From the NCBI GenBank assembly GCA_003427395.1, contig BFEA01000021.1, forward strand, positions 2,244,897 to 2,308,896: 64,000 nt of DNA. The letters are read 5' to 3'. The DNA is from Chara braunii. Taxonomy: Eukaryota > Plantae > Charophyceae. Of the stretch, positions 23,475 through 35,207 are shown in pieces; the stretch's first letter is position 1; every line of letters starts with the position of its first letter. The position numbers were made by a program, and so were the translations under genes. The notes under the pieces were generated by a model. It saw nothing but the letters and a program-made list of their open reading frames with translations. It did no database searches and was not told where the DNA came from.

Positions 23475-24320
23475 AATGTGGCTGCGGTTAGGCCTAACCA
23501 CTTTGTTTATTCTATTTTTTTTTGCAAATAGACAATGTGGCTTCAGTCAGGTCTAATTCTTGTAATATTTATTGAGCTGTCTTCCTTACAACCTGACAAT
23601 GTGGCTTCAATCAGATTTCAAGTTGACTGTTGTATTGTCTTCTCCTCTTTGCAGTCACATAATGTGGTTTCAATCATGTCTGATTGCCATACCTCTGTAA
23701 TTGTGATTCGTGCAACTAGGCAATGTGGTTTCGATTTGGCCTAGCTGACCATGTTATGTCGTTATGTTCCTTACGACAACCAGACAATATGGTTTCAGTC
23801 AGGTCTGGTTGTTGTTCTTGTCATAATTTATCTCTTGCATAAAAATACGAGTTGGGTAATATGACTTAGGTCAGACGCAACTACTTGTTTTTTTCTGAGG
23901 GAGGTTTCGACTGATGACTATGTAATGTGGTTTCGGTTTGGTCACACACACAAAATAAGAATATGAAAATATAACCTTTTATATAAATATATCATACTTC
24001 TATTATTGAATAAAGTTAGTCAGACAACGTGACTTCAGTTTCGTCTCACTATCACAAAAAGGAAGAGAGCACTTAATTAAGAATATAATGTGTAACCAAA
24101 AACGGACTGAGCAATGTGGCTTCGGTTTCGTTCAACCTTAGTCTTCAAAAAATTAAAATGTTCAGATAATTATTACAACTTAAACATTAAACACTTGGCA
24201 GGGCTAGATAACGTGACTTCGATTTGGTATAGCGATCTGCCTAATGAAGAAAAAAGTAGTTGTGCCATTTGTTTGTGTATACAAAGACAAATGTTAAGCA
24301 ATGTGCTTTCTGTTTGACTT
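23475..24320 (+). repeat. Array of ~12 short conserved motifs (RACAATGTGGYTTCRGT..) with divergent spacers
   Basis: Motif period ~63 nt, then ~95 nt. Confidence 0.75.
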
Positions 24321-24594
24321 AACATTTTTATGCCATATGTAAGTTAGGGCGTTGGGGTTTATCCAACTGAGAGTAAATAAACTATTTATGTGATAAACAA
24401 CTTGGGATTTTTTGTGAGCGTACTTATTCATTATAGTGCGGACTTGCATGCGGTTGAATGCGAGCTCTACTTGTTCTAAATCTTGGTTTGGATAGGTAGT
24501 TGTTTTAAATGCTCGCAGTGTGGTGGAGCTATAAGAGTTAATTCAATTTTTGCATTCTCTGAGTTAAGTTTATTTATCATATTTGGCTTTATGT

Positions 24595-25150
24595 TTTAAA
24601 GGAAGTGCTACCCAATTTTTTGTAAATCCAAGGAGTTAGTCAAATTCAGTCCTTACAAAAATCAACTTTTGTCAAAGTTTCATATTTGGCTTAGTAAAAA
24701 ACTGAGAAACCTACTTTTACAGGGGAGGTGCTGTCCAATTTTTCAGTAAATCGAAGAGTTAGACAAAAATTAACTTTATTAAGTCAGAGTTACTTCTAGA
24801 TTTTGCATTTACTTTTGTAAAAATTTTCAAAAGACACCTATCTAGAGGGAGTGTTGCTAAAATTTATACAAATCTAAAAAAGTTAGTTAAATTTTTCCCT
24901 GACGAAATTCAAGTTTTATGTGACTTGGTGTAAATATGAAAAACCTACTGCTCTAAAGGAGATGCTGTTCAAATTTTTACCAAATCAAGGAGTTAGACGA
25001 AAAATTGACTCTATAAAATCAAAAACCACTTTCAGGTTTCATATCCAGTCTTATATAAATTATGCAAATACACTTTTCTTATGAAAAGCGTTGGTGAAAT
25101 TTCCAAAAATCTAGAGTAATTATAATATCTTAGAACTTGAAGAGTTTGAC
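24595..25150 (+). repeat. ~120-bp tandem subrepeats (5 units)
   Basis: GGGAGTGCTGCCCAAATTTT..AAATC.AAGGAGTTAG at ~24601, 24724, 24848, 24958 and 25085. Homologous array at 33045-33545. Confidence 0.8.
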
Positions 25151-25872
25151 AGTCTGCCCTTGCTTAGAGGAGATACTGTCGAACTTCCTGACATTTTCAA
25201 ACAGGTATTAGAGGTGAGGTAGGAAGGGAGTAGTATTCCATACTCCCTCAAGCATAGGTTGGGCACTGACTTGTGATGTATTGAATGTCATTTTCATTCA
25301 TATTGTCTCGTGACTTGACTAACTTCGAGTTGATTCTACGAGGATCATCTTCTATTATCTTCTGATATCAGGTCGGTGTCCAACTTAACTCTAACTCATT
25401 CTCACGACTCAACCTTGGACCTTAACCCCTGTGAGTTAAAATGTTTCTTAAAGTTTTTACCCGGACTTTTATTAAATGACAATTTAAAAAAAACTGAGTT
25501 TTTTCTTTTGGAAGGATGGACAAAGGTTGGGGTTTGTGTGAATAAGGCAAGGGGTGTGAGTGTAGAGAGTGGTTGAAGTTGACCCCGTGTAGTTTGTAGT
25601 GTGTCGATGTTGAATCTTTGGTGTGATTGCATTTATGTTTTATGAGTCGAAGTCCGGGTTTGACTTTGTATAGGATCATGTGTATATTTTGAAGGAAATC
25701 ATATTGTGATTGTGAGTGTGATCGCCTCGTGTTTTATAACCTCGTTATATTTATATTTTGTATATACGCACGGTCTACTTTGATAGTTCGTAAGGATTGA
25801 ACAATTTGTGTCGAGAGAAAATGAAGGTTTTTTGTTTTTTTTATTTTTTTTTAATATTATATATATATATAT

Positions 25873-26724
25873 ATAGTTGAACGTTGAGATCCGTGGTGGT
25901 TGTCAAAATCAAAACCCTTTAACCTGTTTTCATACTGCCGAAGATGGAGCCCCGCTTTTAGGATTAGAGGTGTTTGGCCGCGACTAAGGGTTGAAGCCCG
26001 TCTACCCCTCCTCTCCGCAATGTGCAGAAGAGGGCATGTCTCGCAATCGCACTTGCGATTGTCTAATGTCAAGAGATTAACTCTTCAGGACGTGTGTCAG
26101 CCGACACTTGAGTATCGAATGTGACCCTCAAAATTATTGAGGACCGCATGGTTGTGGGCACCACATAGTACATCATCATTTCGACCTCTTGTGTATTCAT
26201 GCATAGATGGTCGATGTGATAAAGTCTACGTCGCCACAATATTTATTCATAGTCTCGTGCGCAACACCCACCTAATTCTTTCATCGAAAATTATAAGTCA
26301 AATGTGAACCAGGGACTATGAACGATTTACGTATGAAGCTTGATTTTTGTTTTTATGAAGTGTGTCACGTGATTAGATTGACCGTCTTAGTCGACTGACG
26401 TCAAATCGCATTCGGGAGATCAACGCCTCAGGCAACGATTCGCGCACGGGTCCGATTTGGGCGTTATCCGCACGTACCTCCTATGCTACAGCGAACGAGA
26501 AACGCCCTCGACCAGGCCATCGCTGCGATTTCATATGAAAAACTTCTGTATATGGTTTGGTAGCTTAGCGGGGATACGCCCACCTAAGGGATGGTGACAA
26601 CTCCTATGGATGGAGTACCTCTCGTAACTCTATCCTTTCGTAGGGGTTCACGAAAGGTATGGCTGACGCACTCCACCGGAGCGCCGACACTCTGTGACAG
26701 TGCCCGGCAAAATCCTGCGTGACG
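25873..26724 (+). ncRNA. Putative large structured RNA block (copy 1)
   Basis: Diverged paralogue at 34298-35207 with conserved motifs and compensatory changes in several hairpins. Confidence 0.55.
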
Positions 26725-28001
26725 TGGTCGAGAGACTTCCCTTGAGGGACTAATACATTTGACAACATGGTGTTTTAAGTTTTTGGAATTTTAGTTTTTT
26801 TGGTTCGTAACTATAAGGGCAAAACTCTGCTTATGAATGAATTTCTCTATGATTGATCTAAGCTTTAGGTACTAGGCCCAATTATAATAAAAATTTCAAG
26901 ACGTGAAAAAAAAAAAGATAAAATTCCCTGCCATCTCAAAGAATTACAAATCGCTCACTTCTTTGGAAGCCTTCAGACCACTCTTTGATTACCCATGAAG
27001 TTCGTCAGAATTCCAAAATATTTTGAATTACCTTGGGTCCGTCAAATATATCGGAATTTAAAACCATTATGAACTACCTTTGGCACATCAGTCAATTTAT
27101 AGGCCTCGCTCCACTACTCACTAAATGTGCAACATGAAAATGAATCTGCAGCTAGAACAATGAGAAGATAAATCACCATATTTTTCATTTTTTTTGCGTG
27201 GGGGTCAGTAGTGGAGCGATGCCTTATAAATTTATTTGGGCATTTTTATTTTTATATATTTTAAACGGGCCCTGTGTTCAAGGCTTACATCAATCAAGTA
27301 ACAAGTCAACTCCATGTTAAGAGCCACCGACCTCGAACCCTAACCTCAGGTTGAGCCTCGCTCCTGCAGTAACTCACATCCGAGAATTCCCCCTTAAAAA
27401 ATAAAAAAACTACACTATATTCTCCTCTTAATTTGTTTTTTAACCTTTCACTACCAATGCACCTAAAAAACTACTTGTCAGCACAAAATCCCTAAAATCC
27501 CTAAAAGGTCTACTCAGCTATATAAAAAACTCCTAAAAACTACACAAGAGTCATTTCATGGGTCAGCGGTCAGCAACCCATTTGTCTTCCTCGCAGCATA
27601 ACACACCCTCATCACAACCGTATCGGACTAGCAAGATAACTTGCATACATTCATAATTAGGTTGCGAACATGCACCAAGAGTCGAGACCAACATGTACTT
27701 ATACGGCCGAACCACACCAAGTGTCCCATCTCACGAAGCAAGGGCATAGTAGTTTGTATAGGGGGTTCAGCGAACGGGTTCAGTAAGGCACACAAGTGGC
27801 ATGTAAGAGAGTCATAAGGTCAACTACCATTGATCGCATGTACCTACCTGACCTTACTACCATTAGCACCCCCGCCATGTAGAGATAACTCAAGTCGGTA
27901 TAACACTGCTAATGTGGGTGGGAGAGGGGAGATGAGGGAAGGAGCAGCAATTGGCCAATGCTCGTCCGTGACGATACTGGCTGACCCCTAGCCAATTTAG
28001 A

Positions 28002-28073
28002 CCGCAAGTAGCTCAGTTGTTAGAGCAAAGGAATAAAAATCCTTATGTTAGTGGTTCAAATCCACTTCCACTA
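28002..28073 (+). pseudogene. trnF: Degenerate mitochondrial-type tRNA-Phe (NUMT)
   Basis: GTAGCTCAGTTG-TTAGAGCAAAGGA[ATAAAAA]TCCTTATGTTAGTGGTTCAAATCCACTTC resembles plant mitochondrial trnF(GAA). The anticodon loop and acceptor stem are damaged. Confidence 0.7.
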
Positions 28074-28388
28074 AATAAGCAACCGACTATGCTTCAAGTT
28101 AACCCTAGTGCCTACAACCGTTGTCCAATCAGGTTACCCCCGACTAGATGATAGGAGAGTGATGATCATGAGTGATAAACAATGAGGTAGAATTGTGGGA
28201 GTAGGGATGTGCCAAGGAGAAATAATGAGAGTTGAAAATCAGTAGGGAGTCTCATAAGGAACGATGATCTTTACATACCATATGGATAACCAAATGGACG
28301 ACTACCTAGGGTGATCGTCATATTTCTAGCATCCTACCTCTAAAGCAACCTGTTTTTTTTTTCAAAAAAAAGAAAACAAAAACATTCA

Positions 28389-28462
28389 GTATCCTCCTAA
28401 GAACATGCGGTACTATAATACTATACCCAACATACAATATCACAATGTTCTTAGGAGGATAC
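28389..28462. mobile_element. Small Stowaway-like foldback element
   Basis: 18-bp inverted repeat GTATCCTCCTAAGAACAT / ATGTTCTTAGGAGGATAC that includes TA. Confidence 0.5.
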
Positions 28463-29335
28463 CCCACCAATTGACTGAAGTCGTCAAGTCGGAAACTACT
28501 ACAAGGGGCTGCTCATATGCACCCCGTTAGTAGGGCTCACCTGTTGACGTTAAAAAAAAAAAAAAGGAGGATATGAATGCTAAGGGGCTCACCATAAGGC
28601 CGCAACAAGACATCAGAAGACCACCATGTCAGATTGGACACAAGATTGAATGGTTAGGCTCACCACTACACACAGTCTTGGCAATGCTTCACTGCATGCT
28701 AAGCCTTGTCGGATTGCTGCACTTTTTTTCTAGCGCCACCCAGCCATTGTGTGTCGAGCCCTGAAAATTTCGGAGTTGGCAACTTGCGATCTTCTACAAG
28801 GTTGGGACCATGTACTGGCGGCTTAAGAATGCCAAGCTGCAACCTGCCATCTCCAAGTGGAAAAACGCACTGGTGACTTGAGTGTGCATCTTCACACGCA
28901 TAAAATAACTTCTTTTGTTTTCCTTTTTTTCAAACCACCAGTTCACCCTGTCGTACCAAAGGGTATTTGGCGTGTTTTCAGCAAGTTACGCCAGTGCAGC
29001 CTCGCTCGTCCGACAGCACGTACGTGAGAGGAAGCTTAGGTCCTCGTCTGGGTGAGCGGCGCGCGCGGGGTATTGATGGCGAGGCACAACCATGCGCAGC
29101 CTGGGTGTGCGAGGCGTCGCGGACCAGTGGGACGCGAGGCGTTCATTTTTATTTCTATTGTTTATCTATTTATCTGCTATTATTTCTTTTCTAAGGTATT
29201 TAGATCGGTGATCGGTTTCGAGGCCGACAGGCCTGGCTCGGCTACTAGAGTGTCGGACACGGGTGGTCATCGCGGTAGTCGAGGATCTTGAGCACGCGTT
29301 TTCTGGGCGGGCCCGCTAGAATTTTTGTATATTTG

Positions 29336-29615
29336 GGATACTGGCGAAAAATTCCTAGCCCACCGGCATTGAAGCACATACCGAAGAGGTCAATGTGCGT
29401 GGAAGTGGTGGGGTCAGTGGTCGTGGCTTCCCTCGTTTCCCACTTGGAGAGCGTCGATAGCCTAAGGGGAGAACATTTCGACTGGGCCATGGGGCTGCAG
29501 CCCGAGGGAGGCGAGGGTTGTAGTGGGCGCGCCACCCACCGTTTGAGGTGAAACGTTTAAAGTGTGAGCATGTCCGTTTGGACCCGCAAGGGCGGTGAGC
29601 TATGCCTGGGCAGGG
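29336..29615 (+). pseudogene. Highly degenerate LSU rRNA-derived segment (copy 2)
   Basis: GGATACTGGCGAAA, TTGAAGCAC, AGTGTGAGCATG..GGACCCGCAAG..GGTGAGCTATGCCTGGGCAGGG correspond to the same LSU region as 20381-20500. Confidence 0.7.
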
Positions 29616-32329
29616 CTTTTTGGGGACCGGTGGGAGGTTGTCGCGGGGTTGACTATGTGGTGGGGCTGTCCCAGTGGCTTTTCCCATGGGACTCCTCCCA
29701 AACTTTGGCTTTCGAAGTTCGTATTTGACTACTGGCTACTGTCATCAAGATCTGCACCAGGGACCGTCCCGCTTTGGCGCTTGCTGGAGGTACCGATGGT
29801 CGGGACCGTCCCGCTCTGGCGCTTGCTGGAGGTACTGATGGGCGGGCCAGTCCCCTTCTACCCGTCGTGGCCTAAGAGTTGTCGTGACGGCCTAGCACAG
29901 GCCGCGGCTCAGCACAGTCCACTTCCGCTGCTGTTAGGCTCGGTGGCGGCGTTGTTACCTACTCCTTGGCAGGGTCTTGATCTCCACGACCACCGCCTGC
30001 TGTCTGTGCGGTTTATCATTGTCAGGCATCCAGGCACTAGCGTACAGTTGACACCGGGCAGGGCGAGGTCGGAGGTCCCAGTGTGAATACACTCTGGGCA
30101 AGGTGAGGCCGCAGGCACTTTGGTGGAGGCTCCGAGAGATACAGACGTGCTAATCGAGCCAGATCATAGCTGGCTCTCCTCGACACTCCCCCTAAGACAT
30201 TTAGAGTTTTACTGAGCTCTGCCCGACCACTGTGGGATCAGCCGCTGCCGTGGAGCTGCGCTAGCAGTGGAAGAGCGAACCAGGATGGAATTCCGCGCGG
30301 GATGCATGCAGGGCGGAGGAGAGCGAAGAGGGCAGAGGAGAGCAAAGAGGAACGGAGGAGACAGCAGGGGGAGCGGAGCAGTAAGAGAGCAGGTGGAGGA
30401 GAAGAAACGGGAAACAAACCTGGACGTGATCCCCGACAAGGTTTGTGCGAAAACGGAGCAAGCTATAGCGGAGCAAGCGAGAGAAGAAGGGAGAACGAAT
30501 ATCTCCCTCGATCCGCGACCAAATCGAGGGAGGGAAGAGTCGGTTTGGGGGTTATGATGGAGGGCGACTTCAAAGGTGAGGTTAGTTTTAGTGATAAGGT
30601 AGTAGAGAGAGAGATTAGTAGAAAAGTTGGTGCGCGGGAGATGGCGGAGCGAGGGAAGGAGAATAAGGAAAATGGCATAGCTTAGTCGATTGTGGGTGGA
30701 ATCGGGCAAGGGGGGGCTCGATTTGGAAGTTTTGGGCCCGAGCGAGTCTATCAGTAAGGTTAGTTTTGCTAAAAGATTAGTAGGTTAGGAGATACGGAGA
30801 AAGAGAAATGTGCTCAGCTATGGCGGGGGAAGAGATCGAAGGAGTAAAAAATGGAGAATTCTACTTGAGTCCTTGTGAAACCGAGCGAAGGGAGGCGCAA
30901 AGTAGGAGAGTCGAGGTCGGGCGAATCTGATGGCGGTGTTAGATAAAGGCTTTAGTGGTTAGTTTCTGTGGGTTGTGATGTATGGTGTGCGCGGTGTGAA
31001 GGTAGCGCGGGTGCACGTGGAAGAGAAGAGGACAGCGGAGTGAGTGAAAGTGGTCGGGATTCGAGCCATGTGTACTTAAATGACAGGAAGGGAGGGATCA
31101 GAGAAAGGATTCGGACGGATGTGGACGTAGGGACGGACTGCGTTCGGTCAAAGCAAGAAGGAAAAGAAGGATGTAAAGCGGTATTCACCTCGAATAGCTG
31201 ACGATGCGAGATGAATCGAATGATGAACTGTAACACCCGACTGCTTCGCTGTTGCGTGGTTGGGGCAGACTAGCAGTGGGGTTGTGGCCTGACTGTGGAT
31301 CGCCAAGGAGCGGAAGAAGCCCCATTTGCATCAGGGTGGTCAAGATTGTTGACTGGAGATATTGATACTGCGGCCACCACTGATCATGGTTGTCATGAGA
31401 GAACTGCTGCCAAGTTTTGGTCTGGTGGAGCTAGGAGAAGCAGTTGCTGCCATGTCGGAGTCTCGGTATTTGCTGCTGCTGTTGCTTTTTGAGTTCACAA
31501 TGCACCTTGCTGTGCACAACTGCGGTGTCTTGACGCTGCGTACGACTGTTGTGGGGGCTATGATTTTTTGAAAGTCGTTGCGTTTCCCCTGAGCTTCGAA
31601 TAGAGCACGAGGGTGTGTTCTATTTGAATGCAGCCTTTTCTAGGTCGTGTTACTGCAGTTTAGTCAGAAGAAGAAGTTGTGTGACGTGGGGAAGTGGTCG
31701 GATTTTGCAAAAAGGATTACCATTGCGATCTGGAGGATTGTCAGAGGGTCGTAACTCCGCACTTGGCTGCATTTTGACTTCGAGTTGGGCCATTTTATTG
31801 CGTTTATTGGCCACCATTGCGGGACTCTCAAGCGCTTGAAGGAATCAAGGCCCTCTCACGCGAGTCTGAGCGCACCTCCCTTGTATCTGAGTGATTTAAC
31901 TTTTCTATTTCTGCCCTTCTTACTCTAAGTCTGATCCTGGTGACGAGAGGAAGGTGGCAAGCGGGCTTGCAACCCGTAGGACAGCAGTAAGACTCTGTAG
32001 GGAGTTTGCCCACCGATTGCGTTCTGTCGGAACTCAGGAGGAGTTCTGGAGGCAGGGAACCGAGAGGTAAATGTTTCCTCCTCCTTCTGTAAACCCAATT
32101 ATAACCCTCATCTGTACATCTTGCTATGATTGACTGAGTGAACTGCATGCATCCCTACTTTGACTTTCAGTTTGACTTCAGGACATAAACCAGACTTAAT
32201 AAATGAATTATGTGCAAATTTAGTTTCAATTTTTTGACTGACAACAGATTGTGGGATTGCATCTTGGGGAAGGTTGGGAGGAAGACAGTTTTGCTTGTGT
32301 CTGACTGGGTCAATCAAAGGCTGAGCAAG

Positions 32330-32770
32330 TCTCCATAAATTTGGGGAAACCCAGTACTGTATTTATTTTTTTGGTTGCCTAGAGAACCAGACATGTTCCA
32401 TAAGTTTGGGTGGTTTTGTTGCTCTGACTTGCGAGGGTTGACTGTGATTGACTTTCCAAGGACCAAGCATGTTCCATAAGCTTGGGTGGCTTGGTCGCCT
32501 TGTTTACTTTGGGTTTTCTTTCAGTTCCTTTGGTTATGAATAAAGAGGCCTGAGAATGTTCCATAAGTTTGGACGGCTCAACCTCTTCCTGCTTTGGTTT
32601 TAAAAGAATGAACCAGGTCGAGGACCAGACATGTTCCATAAGTTTAGGTGGTCTTGGTCCAAATGCCATGCACATGCTGGAACCAAAAGGCTATAACTTG
32701 GCTATACTTTATTATTATTCTATCTACGAACAAGCTAGTCAGACAATGTTCCATAAGTTTGGGTGGTCTG
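32330..32770 (+). repeat. Array of ~6 motifs (CATGTTCCATAAGTTTGGGTGG) with divergent spacers
   Basis: Motif at ~32331, 32392, 32468, 32556, 32630 and 32745. Confidence 0.8.
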
Positions 32771-34297
32771 ACTATAGCTTATCACAAACTAAAGAGAGTA
32801 TTAATTAAGAATAAACTTGTGGTAAGAAGGGGCAGGCTGGATCTTGAGCTAAAGATGATCGATTCAGTTATATGCTACCTTAAAAGACTAAGTGCAGATA
32901 ATTATATAAAATTGAGATACTTAAACAGTCCAGGACGACTAGGGTAACATAGTCATATGCTCAAAGAAGAGAAAGGTCAATTTCTGCATTTTCTGGGATT
33001 TTTTGTTATACTTGGCTTTGTATAAATTTTGGTTAAGCTACTTTCTCTACGGGAAGCGCTGCCAAAATTTCTACAAAACCAAGGAGTTAGTCCGATTTTG
33101 TCTTTTCAAAGTTCAACTTGTCTGACTTTTATACATGACTTCGTAAAAATCTGGAGCATCTCCTTTTCTAAAGGGAGTGCTGCCCGAATTTTTGCTAATT
33201 CAGGGAGTTAGATACAATTGAACTTTGAGAAGTCAAAGCCATTTTAAAATTTTGAACTTAGTTTTGTATGAAACTTGAAATAACATTTTTCTTAAGGGAG
33301 TGTTGCCAAAAGTTTTGCCAATCTAAGGAGTTAGTTAAATTTGATCTTTGTTGAATTCATGTTTGCTCTGGGTTCATGTCTGACTAGAAAAAATCTGGAA
33401 GACCTTTTTTTATAAAGGGAACGCTGCCCAAATTTTTGTTAATTCAGAGAGTTAGATACAATTTGACTTTGGAAAGTTTAAGATTATTTTTGTTTTCATA
33501 TTCGGGTTGTACTGCCGAAATTTTCTTAGTGTAGAAGAGTTAGATTATATTTCGACAGGTGGCGATTCTGGTAATCCACTCTGTATGCGGGAGATTTTGC
33601 CATAGGTCTACCTTTCTTGGGTATTGACTTAGAGATAGACCTAGACTTGGTTATCAAGAGAGTCTTGAGTAAGAATGTGCTATGGAGATTTATTCCCCGT
33701 ACACTGATGATTTAACTTGGACATTGACCTGTCTTATGATACATGTCTTCTCTGAACATTCGATCCAGGATCTGGATTAGATTCAACTTGATCCTACAAG
33801 GATCATCTTCTGTTATCACTGATAACAAGTTGGTTGGTTGATCGCCGACTCGTCGGCTCACGACACAACTTTGCTTACACCTGTACCTCAACTTGATTGC
33901 CTCAACCCTGAGATTTTGATATGTTTCTTTGAGGGTTTAAACCAAACTTCTTTCAATGACCATTATAAAGAACTTATGAGATTTATGAAAAATTGGACTA
34001 TGACTGGGGCTTGAGTGTGTAAGGCGTGGTGCGAGTTAAAGGGAGCAGTAAAGTTGACCATATTGGTGCATGGCAATGTGGCGTTCGTCTATGTCTGTGT
34101 TTTATACAGGTTAGTGTCTTGGAGCCTGTGTACAACCCTTACTTTGGAGGCAGTGAGAATGACAACCACGTAATGCACGATCTGCATACTTGATGGGTTT
34201 ATGTTTCCCCCTTCTTCTATTTTATTTCGAGTTCTGTTTGGATATATGAGTGTTGGATGTTTATTTATATACTGATTGGTTTTGCTTGTTAATTTTT

Positions 34298-35207
34298 ATA
34301 GTTGGACGTTGTAGTCTGTGGCAGCCACCAAAGTCAAACCCCTTCGAGACCCTGGATGAGAGAGTTGGTCTCCATGCAATAAGAGACGATTGCCATCATA
34401 GGTATGAACCTGTGTACCACCTAGTCTCCACAGGGTGCAGAAAAGGGTGTGGTTTTCAACCGCACTTGGCGGTTGTCCAGCGTCGAAAGATCAATCCCTC
34501 AAGGCGTGTGTCAGCCGACACTTGAGTGTCGAATGAGACCCTCGAGATTAACGAGGACCGCATGATTATGGACACTGCATAGTACGCCATCATTGCGACT
34601 GCTTGCGCATTCATGTATTGCTAATCGATATGAGAAGACTCTGCGTCCACGCGGTTTTATACTAAGTCTCGTACGCGATGCCTATCCGATTTTCGCATCG
34701 GAGAAGTTATGGGATGGCTACTAAGGGACTAGGAGTGTTGTCGCGTTGTTTGTTCTGAGTCGTTCTGTATATATACGTGTGCGTGCGTGTTTAACTTTTA
34801 TGTTTTTAGAGTGGTGTACGCGTGGTGTGTGGGATGCGTCCTAGTCGACCGACGACGGGTCGCGTTTGGGACTTCAGCCCCCCAAAACGTCGGATCGTGT
34901 GTGGGTCCGATAGAGGAGTAAAACTGCGAGTACCCCCTATGCTACAGCGTACGAGAAATGCCCTCGGCTGGTCCACCTCTGCGATCGCAACTGATTAGCT
35001 TTCGTACTGTGGACTGGTAGCTCGGCGGGGATACGCCCACCGAAGGAAGGTGACAACTCCCGTAAGGTGGAGGTAAGTCGTGCCTCACGTAGACCCTATT
35101 CTGTCGTAGGGGCCTGCGAGAGGTATAGCTGACGCACACGGTCGGAGCGGCTTGCGGAAACTCCATATGTCTTCGCGACGAGGATTAAAACCAACTCCTG
35201 CGTGACG
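34298..35207 (+). ncRNA. Putative large structured RNA block (copy 2)
   Basis: Paralogue of 25873-26724. Confidence 0.55.

Larger units (their letters stand above)
17703..26919 (+). mobile_element. ~9.2-kb poly(A)-tailed, TSD-flanked non-coding insertion (L1-type target-primed signature)
   Basis: TAAAATTTCCCTGCCATC (17685-17702) and TAAAATTCCCTGCCATC (26919-26935) flank it. TT/AAAA target context, AATAAA at 26886 and an A-run at 26906-26916. No recognisable ORF. Confidence 0.65.

Noticed and set aside
23475-24320. CRISPR array (also 32330-32770)
   Set aside because: Eukaryotic context, degenerate repeats, irregular spacing and no cas genes. Kept only as a motif array.
25873-26724. Group I or group II intron
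   Set aside because: No domain V (AGC triad hairpin) or P7 consensus found on either strand.
28002-28073. Functional tRNA genes (also 46911 and 62961)
   Set aside because: Broken acceptor or anticodon stems. Better explained as a NUMT and SINE heads.
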